This document shows, piece after piece, positions 26,651-32,000 of a stretch of 32,000 nucleotides of DNA; the first letter of the stretch is position 1, and each line of letters starts with the position of its first letter. The DNA is from Geobacter metallireducens GS-15 (GTDB lineage Bacteria; Desulfobacterota; Desulfuromonadia; Geobacterales; Geobacteraceae). The stretch spans positions 2,100,001 through 2,132,000 of the forward strand of contig NC_007517.1 of NCBI RefSeq assembly GCF_000012925.1, in the 5' to 3' direction. Position numbers and translations under genes: made by a program. The notes under the pieces were generated by a model that was not told where the DNA came from, did not search any database, and worked only from the letters and a program-made list of their open reading frames with translations.

Positions 26651-27487
26651 TCAGGCCGCGTGGCGCCTGCTCCATTTCTGGAGGAGGTTCACGGTGAGAA
26701 GCATGAGGAATGAGAAGAGGAGCATCACCGTGGCGATGGCGGTGGCGCCGACATAGTCGTACTGCTCCAGCTTGGTGATAATGAGGAGCGGCGTGATCTC
26801 CGACACCATCGGCATGTTGCCGGCGATGAAGATGATAGAGCCGTACTCCCCCACCCCGCGGGCGAAGGCGAGGGCAAAACCGGTGAGGAGCGCTGGGAGG
26901 AGCTCCGGGAAGAGCACGCGCCGGAAGGTCTGCCAACGGGTGGCGCCGAGGCAGGCGGCCGCCTCTTCGATCTCTGCCTCCAGTTCCTCCAGAACCGGCT
27001 GCACCGTCCGCACCACGAAGGGGAGGCCGATGAAGATCATGGCCACGAAGATCCCGAGCGGCGTAAAGGCGACCTTGATCCCCCGGGGCTCAAGGATCGA
27101 CCCGAGCCAGCCGTTGGCGGCGTAGACCGAGGAGAGGGTGATGCCGGCCACGGCCGTGGGAAGCGCAAAGGGGAGATCCACCAGGGCGTCGATGAGCCGC
27201 TTCCCCGGCAGCCGGTAGCGCACCAGCACCCACGCCACCAGGAGCCCGAAGAGGGCGTTCACCCCGGCAGCCGCCAGGGCCGCGCCGAAGGTGACCCGGT
27301 AGGAGGCCACCACCCGCAGCGCCGTGACCGTGGCGAGGAACTCGGGCCAGGTGAGGCTTGTCGTCTTGAACACGAGGGACGAGAGCGGCAGCAGCACCAT
27401 CAGGGAGAGGTAGAAGAGCGTGTAGCCGAGGGTCGGGCCGAAGCCAGGGATGACGGTGGTACGCTTGGTCGATTTGGTTGCCATCAT
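26651..27487 (-). CDS. cysT: sulfate ABC transporter permease CysT (CysU)
   Basis: The permease sequence starts plausibly at MMATKSTKRTTVIPGFGPTLGYT (ATG at 27487, with AGGGA about 10 nt upstream). The track ORF extends to 27592 through Cys/Arg-rich non-permease sequence. Confidence 0.88.
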   Translation of the reverse strand: MMATKSTKRTTVIPGFGPTLGYTLFYLSLMVLLPLSSLVFKTTSLTWPEFLATVTALRVVASYRVTFGAALAAAGVNALFGLLVAWVLVRYRLPGKRLIDALVDLPFALPTAVAGITLSSVYAANGWLGSILEPRGIKVAFTPLGIFVAMIFIGLPFVVRTVQPVLEELEAEIEEAAACLGATRWQTFRRVLFPELLPALLTGFALAFARGVGEYGSIIFIAGNMPMVSEITPLLIITKLEQYDYVGATAIATVMLLFSFLMLLTVNLLQKWSRRHAA

Positions 27488-27556
27488 GGTGGTTGATCCC
27501 TTGCATAATCCAGTGCAGGGCTGTGGAGTTTGTGCCAGATCGTCGCACCCGCAGGA

Positions 27557-27638
27557 GGGACTGCGGAGGCGTAGCAGCGCTACGCCGCACAAAGGAGCGA
27601 CGAGGACGGCGGCGAGATGGTGTGAAATCCGCAGCCCC
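27557..27638 (-). promoter_or_regulatory. large intercistronic stem-loop between sbp and cysT
   Basis: The outer stem pairs 27557..27567 (GGGACTGCGGA) with 27628..27638 (TCCGCAGCCCC), giving 10 of 11 pairs. The inner perfect hairpin is GGCGTAGC-AGC-GCTACGCC (27568..27586). It begins 10 nt after the sbp stop. Confidence 0.5.
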
Positions 27639-27647
27639 TACATCACG

Positions 27648-28661
27648 TTATTTTCCCGGCCCGTAGATCTGGTCGAACACCCCGCCGTCGGCGAAGTGCT
27701 TCTTCTGGGCCGCCTTCCAACCGCCGAAGGTATCGTCAATGGTGAAGAGCTTCACCTTCGGGAAGACCTTGGCGTACCTGGCCGCCACCTTCTTATCGAT
27801 GGGGCGATAGTAGTGCCTGGCCGCAATTTCCTGCCCGGCCGGGGTATAGAGGTACTTCAGGTATTCCTCGGCCACCTTGCGGGTCCCCTTCCGGTCCACC
27901 ACCTTGTCCACCACCGTTACCGGCGGCTCGGCCAGGATGCTGACCGACGGCACCACGATCTGGAATTTATCCCTGCCCAGCTCGTTCACTGCCAGAAACG
28001 CCTCGTTCTCCCACGCCAGGAGCACATCGCCCTGTCCCCGCTGGACAAAGGTGGTGGTGGAGCCCCGGGCGCCGGAATCGAGCACCGGTACGTTCCTGAA
28101 GAGCCTGGTCACAAACTCCTTCGCCTTGGCCTCGCTCCCTCCCTTCTGCTTCAGGGCGTACCCCCAGGCGGCCAGATAGTTCCAGCGGGCGCCACCGGAG
28201 GTCTTGGGGTTGGGAGTGATCACCTTCACGTCGGGGCGGACGAGGTCGTTCCAGTCACGAATCTTCTTGGGATTTCCCTTGCGAACGAGAAAGACAATGG
28301 TGGAGGTGTAGGGGGAACTGTTGTGGGGAAGGCGCTTCTGCCAGTTGGCGGGGATGAGCTTCCCCCTCTCTCCGATCTCGTCGATGTCGTAGGCGAGCGC
28401 CAGGGTCACCACATCCGCCTCCAGGCCGTCGATGACTGACCGGGCCTGTTTCCCCGAGCCACCGTGGGACTGCTTCACCGTCACTGTGTCGCCCCCCTTC
28501 CCTTTCCAGTACCTGGCGAAGGCGGCGTTATAGTCCTGGTAGAGCTCCCGAGTCGGGTCGTAGGAGACGTTGAGGAGGTTCACCTCGGCCCGGGCCGCCA
28601 GAGGGGCGGCAAGGGCGAGGAGTGCTGCGGCGAGGGTGGCGATGGTTCTGATCGGTTTCAT
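27648..28661 (-). CDS. sbp: periplasmic sulfate/thiosulfate-binding protein
   Basis: 337-aa ORF with a Sec signal ([25 protein letters not shown]) and Sbp/CysP-type sequence ([17 protein letters not shown]...[29 protein letters not shown]). Confidence 0.92.
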   Translation of the reverse strand: MKPIRTIATLAAALLALAAPLAARAEVNLLNVSYDPTRELYQDYNAAFARYWKGKGGDTVTVKQSHGGSGKQARSVIDGLEADVVTLALAYDIDEIGERGKLIPANWQKRLPHNSSPYTSTIVFLVRKGNPKKIRDWNDLVRPDVKVITPNPKTSGGARWNYLAAWGYALKQKGGSEAKAKEFVTRLFRNVPVLDSGARGSTTTFVQRGQGDVLLAWENEAFLAVNELGRDKFQIVVPSVSILAEPPVTVVDKVVDRKGTRKVAEEYLKYLYTPAGQEIAARHYYRPIDKKVAARYAKVFPKVKLFTIDDTFGGWKAAQKKHFADGGVFDQIYGPGK

Positions 28662-28729
28662 GGTCTGCTCCTTTTGTTGTTTTAGCCTATCGATTTTATA
28701 GTCTTTTACGACACAAAAAAATGCTGCTT

Positions 28730-29191
28730 TCAGATTGCATAAAAAAGCGCCCCGTCCTTCTTCTGCTTCTCCTGCTCGATCCGCTCCAGAACAGCGGCCA
28801 GGGTGGCATTGTCGAGAATCTGCGCCATGGCGTCACGAACATCTTTCATCACGAGACGGATGCCGCAGCTCCATTCGTCGTCACACTCCTCGCACCGGGC
28901 ATAGGCGGTCTCGCTCACACACGGCACCGGGGCCAAAGGTCCCTCCAGAGTCCTGATCACCTTACCCATGGTGATCTCCCGTGGTGGGTGGGCCAGGTAG
29001 TACCCGCCCCCCTTCCCCTTCTTGCTCTGGAGCACCCCGGCGTTCTTGAGCGCCAGCAGGATCAATTCCAGAAACTTCTTGGGAATCCGCTCTTCCCGGG
29101 CCAGGTCCGCAATGAGAATCGGGCCCCGGTCGTACTCCCGAGCCAGGTAAAGGAGCGCCTTGAGGGCGTATTTGGTCTTTTTGGAAATCAT
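28730..29191 (-). CDS. Rrf2-family transcriptional regulator with four-cysteine cluster motif
   Basis: 153-aa ORF with the N-terminal Rrf2 wHTH ([17 protein letters not shown]...[41 protein letters not shown]). It carries Cys91, Cys100, Cys103 and Cys109 ([19 protein letters not shown]). Confidence 0.88.
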   Translation of the reverse strand: MISKKTKYALKALLYLAREYDRGPILIADLAREERIPKKFLELILLALKNAGVLQSKKGKGGGYYLAHPPREITMGKVIRTLEGPLAPVPCVSETAYARCEECDDEWSCGIRLVMKDVRDAMAQILDNATLAAVLERIEQEKQKKDGALFYAI

Positions 29192-29321
29192 TTGTCTACA
29201 AATCCTATAGAGAATAAGTAAACTCTTTCCCGCGTTGCGTCAAGATAAATTTATGATGCGAAGAGGCTCTTGCAAAAATCCTGCGGGGCCGGCCTGAAGT
29301 GTTGTCACTCGCTAAAATTCC

Positions 29322-29354
29322 AAATATAAAGGGGTTAGCCTACACACTAACCCC
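29322..29354 (-). terminator. rho-independent terminator (bfr transcript)
   Basis: The stem GGGGTTAG (29331..29338) pairs with CTAACCCC (29347..29354) around an 8-nt loop. Read on the minus strand it is followed by TTTATATTT. Confidence 0.7.
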
Positions 29355-29504
29355 TTGACCTTTTCAGAAAACTCACAAGCAGCACAGTGTGAGATTTCTC
29401 TATTTATTCCCGTGTTTCCCTTAGTAATTCCTTTTGAGGAAAGGGGGTACCGCCATTGTCGTAGAGCGGCAGCAGGATCTGGATGGAATGCATGCTGTTT
29501 CCGT

Positions 29505-29972
29505 TTAGTCGATCTGTTCGGAGAGATAGCACTGTGGCCCCATCTGCCGGAGCTGGTCGAGCTGGGCTTCAAGATTGTCTATATGTTCCTCTTCATCCTT
29601 CAGGATCGATTCCAGAAGCTCCCGTGTTCCGTTATCCCCGACCTCCACCGCCAGCCGGATGCTTTCGTTATACCCCTTGATGGCGGACTCTTCTGCAAGC
29701 CGGTCGTTTTCATGCATTTTGGGAACTTCTTCACCGATGTGCATCTTGTTAAGGTCACTCACGATCGGCCTTCCTTCCAGGAACAGGATCCGGGCAATAA
29801 GCTTTTCTGCATGCTTCATCTCGTCGATTGCGCGCTTGCGGATCATGGCGTGGAGCCGCTCATAGCCCCAGTTTTCGCACATTTCGGCATGCACGAAGTA
29901 CTGGTTCACAGCCGTCAACTCTTCAGCCAGGCGTGCGTTCAGATGCTCGATGATCTTCTCGTTTCCTTTCAT
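29505..29972 (-). CDS. bfr: bacterioferritin
   Basis: From the ATG at 29972 (AGGGAG RBS) it reads MKGNEKIIEHLNARLAEELTAVNQYFVHAEMCENWGY...IDEMKHAEKLIARILFLEG...DEEEHIDNLE, with ferroxidase ligands and the heme Met in IDEMKHA. The track ORF start at 30059 is an upstream extension. Confidence 0.93.
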   Translation of the reverse strand: MKGNEKIIEHLNARLAEELTAVNQYFVHAEMCENWGYERLHAMIRKRAIDEMKHAEKLIARILFLEGRPIVSDLNKMHIGEEVPKMHENDRLAEESAIKGYNESIRLAVEVGDNGTRELLESILKDEEEHIDNLEAQLDQLRQMGPQCYLSEQID

Positions 29973-30202
29973 GTCTCGTCTCCCTTTCGATTCCGTAGTG
30001 TGTACCCGCAGCATTGCAATAACTACTGTCAAGTGAAGCAGAAGCAGCTCAAAGGTCAAGTGGTGTTCTCCACTTATCCGGATCGCCTGCTCATCACTGC
30101 GACGTAAAGAGACGCCTGTTCCTTGTAATCGCCTGATGGAGCCCTATACTTGTTCTTGCTGGAGCGGCTGGTGAGCGGAACCCGTACTAATAGAGGAACG
30201 CC

Positions 30203-30595
30203 ATGATACCTGAGACGGTTCAAAAATTTGTAGAGGAGAGAGGCATTGCTTTCGTCGCATCAGCGACGCTTCAGGGAGTTCCCCATTTGGCTGCGGGGGA
30301 AAACCTGAAGGTCGAGGGATCCGATCGTATCGTCTTTGAATCGTGGTGTTGTCCGGAGACCCTCCGCAACGTAAAAGGAAACCCTAAGGTCTCCGTATCG
30401 GTAACGACCCCCGATGGCCGTAACGGCTACCAGTTTCTCGGCATAGTGGAAAAGGTCACCGATACGGCGATTCTTGACGGATTCGTGCCGGGGCTGGAGG
30501 TACCGGGGATGCCGCAAGTTGCGTCTCGCCTCGAAGTCAGGGTTGGGGCAATCCTCACGTTCTCGGTGGGTGTGCATACCGACAAGCCAATGTAG
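30203..30595 (+). CDS. pyridoxamine 5'-phosphate oxidase-like (split-barrel) FMN-binding protein
   Basis: 130-aa ORF with a pattern typical of small PNPOx-like proteins (IAFVASATLQGVPHLAAGENLKV...NPKVSVSV...GYQFLG). Its specific function is unknown. Confidence 0.6.
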   Translation: MIPETVQKFVEERGIAFVASATLQGVPHLAAGENLKVEGSDRIVFESWCCPETLRNVKGNPKVSVSVTTPDGRNGYQFLGIVEKVTDTAILDGFVPGLEVPGMPQVASRLEVRVGAILTFSVGVHTDKPM

Positions 30596-30607
30596 CCTGC
30601 CGGATGC

Positions 30608-32000
30608 TCAATCGGTATCGACGAATTTCACCAGAGTCCCTTTCTTACTCCCGTACCTGAAAACGGTTATCCCTTTTACCCCCTTCTCATAGGCAAGAAG
30701 GAAAGCTTTGGCCACATCTCCCCGTGTCGCCCTGGCGGGGAGATTGACCGTCTTGGAAACGGCATTGTCCGTGTACTCCTGGAAGGCAGCCTGCATCTCG
30801 ATGTGATCTGCTGCGGGTATCTCCAGGGCGGTCTTGAAGAGCCTTCTGATATCGGCTGGAATGCCGGTTATACCGCGCAGATTACCCTGCTCCATAACCT
30901 TCTGCATGAGTTCGTCTGAGAACAAACCCCGTTCCTTGGCGACGTTCAAGAAATACCCATTGATTTCCGTAAGCTCGGTACCCAGAACATTCCTCTTATA
31001 GGCAAGGGCAAAAAGCGGTTCGATGCCGCTGGAACAGTCCGCGATGGTCGCCAGGGTCCCCGTGGGTGCAATGGTTGTAGTGGTAGCATTGCGTACCCGC
31101 GGACGGTCGGGAGCATCATAGACCGACCCTGCAAAATTAGGGAAGACGCCCCGCTCTTCGGCAAGCTCTGCCGACGCCTTCCGCGAGGTGTCCCTGACGA
31201 ACTTCATCAGCGATCGGGCCAGGGCGAAGGATTGCGGATGATTGTACGGAAGCCCGAGCCGCAGGAGCAGGTCCGCCCACCCCATGACGCCGAGGCCGAT
31301 CTTGCGGTTTCCCTTGTGCATCAGCTCGATGGCCGGCAAGGGATAAATGTTGGCATCGATGGTATCGTCGAGGAACCGCACGGCAGTTTTGATATCTTCA
31401 GCCAGGGAGGGAAAATCTATTCCCGGATCCTTGAGGTATCGTGCCACGTTCAGGGAGCCGAGGACGCATGCCTCATAAGGCAGGAGTGGTTGCTCGCCGC
31501 AGGGGTTTGTGCTCTCGAATGAGCCGATATGAGGGGTAGGATTTGCGCGGTTGATCCGGTCGATGAATACCAGACCCGGGTCTCCCGTTCCCCACGCGCT
31601 TTCGACTATTTCATCGAAAACCTCGTCGGCCTTGAGGTGCCAACTATCTTGCCTGAACGTGGGTTGACGATCTGGTATTCCCCTTTTGCGTGGAGCGCCT
31701 CCATGAAGGCATCGGTAACCGCCACGGAAATGTTGAAGTTGGCCAGCTCCTGAACATTCCGTTTCACCCGGATGAACTCCAGGATGTCGGGGTGATCGAT
31801 GTGGAGTATCCCCATGTTCGCGCCCCGCCGCGCTCCTCCCTGCTTGATGATGTCGGTGGCCGTATTGAATATCTTCATGAAGGAAACCGGGCCGCTGGCA
31901 ATGCCGCCGGTTGAGCGGACAATATCAGCCCTGGGGCGAAGCCGGGAAAAGGAAAAGCCGGTGCCGCCACCGCTCTGGAGGATCAACGCAGCGTTCTTCA
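30608..32000 (-). pseudogene. nrdJ: class II (adenosylcobalamin-dependent) ribonucleotide reductase NrdJ, 5' end outside window, reading frame broken by an apparent 1-nt deletion near 31636..31637
   Basis: The upstream frame (31606..32000) reads ...[13 protein letters not shown]...[12 protein letters not shown]...[23 protein letters not shown]...[13 protein letters not shown]...[10 protein letters not shown] and then runs into a stop. The +1-shifted frame continues [57 protein letters not shown]... down to the stop at 30608. Confidence 0.85.

Noticed and set aside
27488-27592. N-terminal extensions offered by the ORF track: cysT to 27592, recC to 16241, hisG from 18817, bfr to 30059, the ABC ATPase to 20644 and the permease to 21402.
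   Set aside because: Family N-termini and RBS or overlap-coupling signals point to the internal starts. The extensions are non-homologous, overlap upstream genes, or run into intergenic structure.
29312-29572. 86-aa minus-strand ORF overlapping the 3' end of bfr and running through the terminator hairpin.
   Set aside because: It overlaps bfr out of frame, traverses the stem-loop at 29331..29354, and has no motif or RBS. It is most likely spurious.
30008-30030. Possible Fur box (GCATTGCAATAACTACTGTC, with the ATTGCAAT palindrome) upstream of bfr.
   Set aside because: It has only loose resemblance to the GATAATGATAATCATTATC consensus, and I cannot score it without a matrix. It is not reported as a feature.
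1-32000. CRISPR arrays, transposases or IS elements, prophage or defence-system genes.
   Set aside because: No regularly spaced repeats and no recognisable transposase, integrase, phage or defence domains appear in any of the six frames. RecBCD here looks like the ordinary repair complex.

Overview
High-GC chromosomal segment (roughly 60-65% GC by eye). Gene content and protein sequences look like a Geobacter-type (Desulfuromonadota) core genome; this assignment is from memory and was not searched. Almost all genes are on the minus strand.

Gene order from left to right:
- pdxJ (partial), then glmM, cdaR, cdaA, folP, ftsH and tilS, which form a housekeeping and c-di-AMP block.
- A tRNA with a CAU anticodon, carrying its own promoter and terminator.
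- recD, recB and recC.
- A visibly lower-GC plus-strand islet holding a MarR regulator and a group-I flavoprotein disulfide reductase.
- hisI and hisG.
- A tightly packed minus-strand operon: a CooS-type Ni-CODH homologue followed by a NitT/TauT-family ABC transporter (Tat-signal SBP, permease, ATPase).
- A sulfate uptake operon: Rrf2 regulator, sbp, cysT, cysW, cysA and a YezD-like small ORF.
- Bacterioferritin, a PNPOx-like flavoprotein, and a class II ribonucleotide reductase (nrdJ, partial) that carries an apparent 1-nt frameshift.

No CRISPR array, transposase, integrase or phage genes were seen.

The most unusual locus is the cooS-ABC operon:
- By memory-based motif alignment, the CooS homologue has Asp where the canonical C-cluster ligand Cys333 (C. 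hydrogenoformans CODH-II numbering) should be.
- It ends in a His-rich tail (HAHAHAHGHPHHHEHP).
- No cooC, cooF, cooA/rcoM, hydrogenase or acs partner occurs in the window.
- It is translationally packed with an NrtA/CmpA-like transporter.

All functional calls come from reading the supplied translations and from remembered family motifs. No database search was possible.
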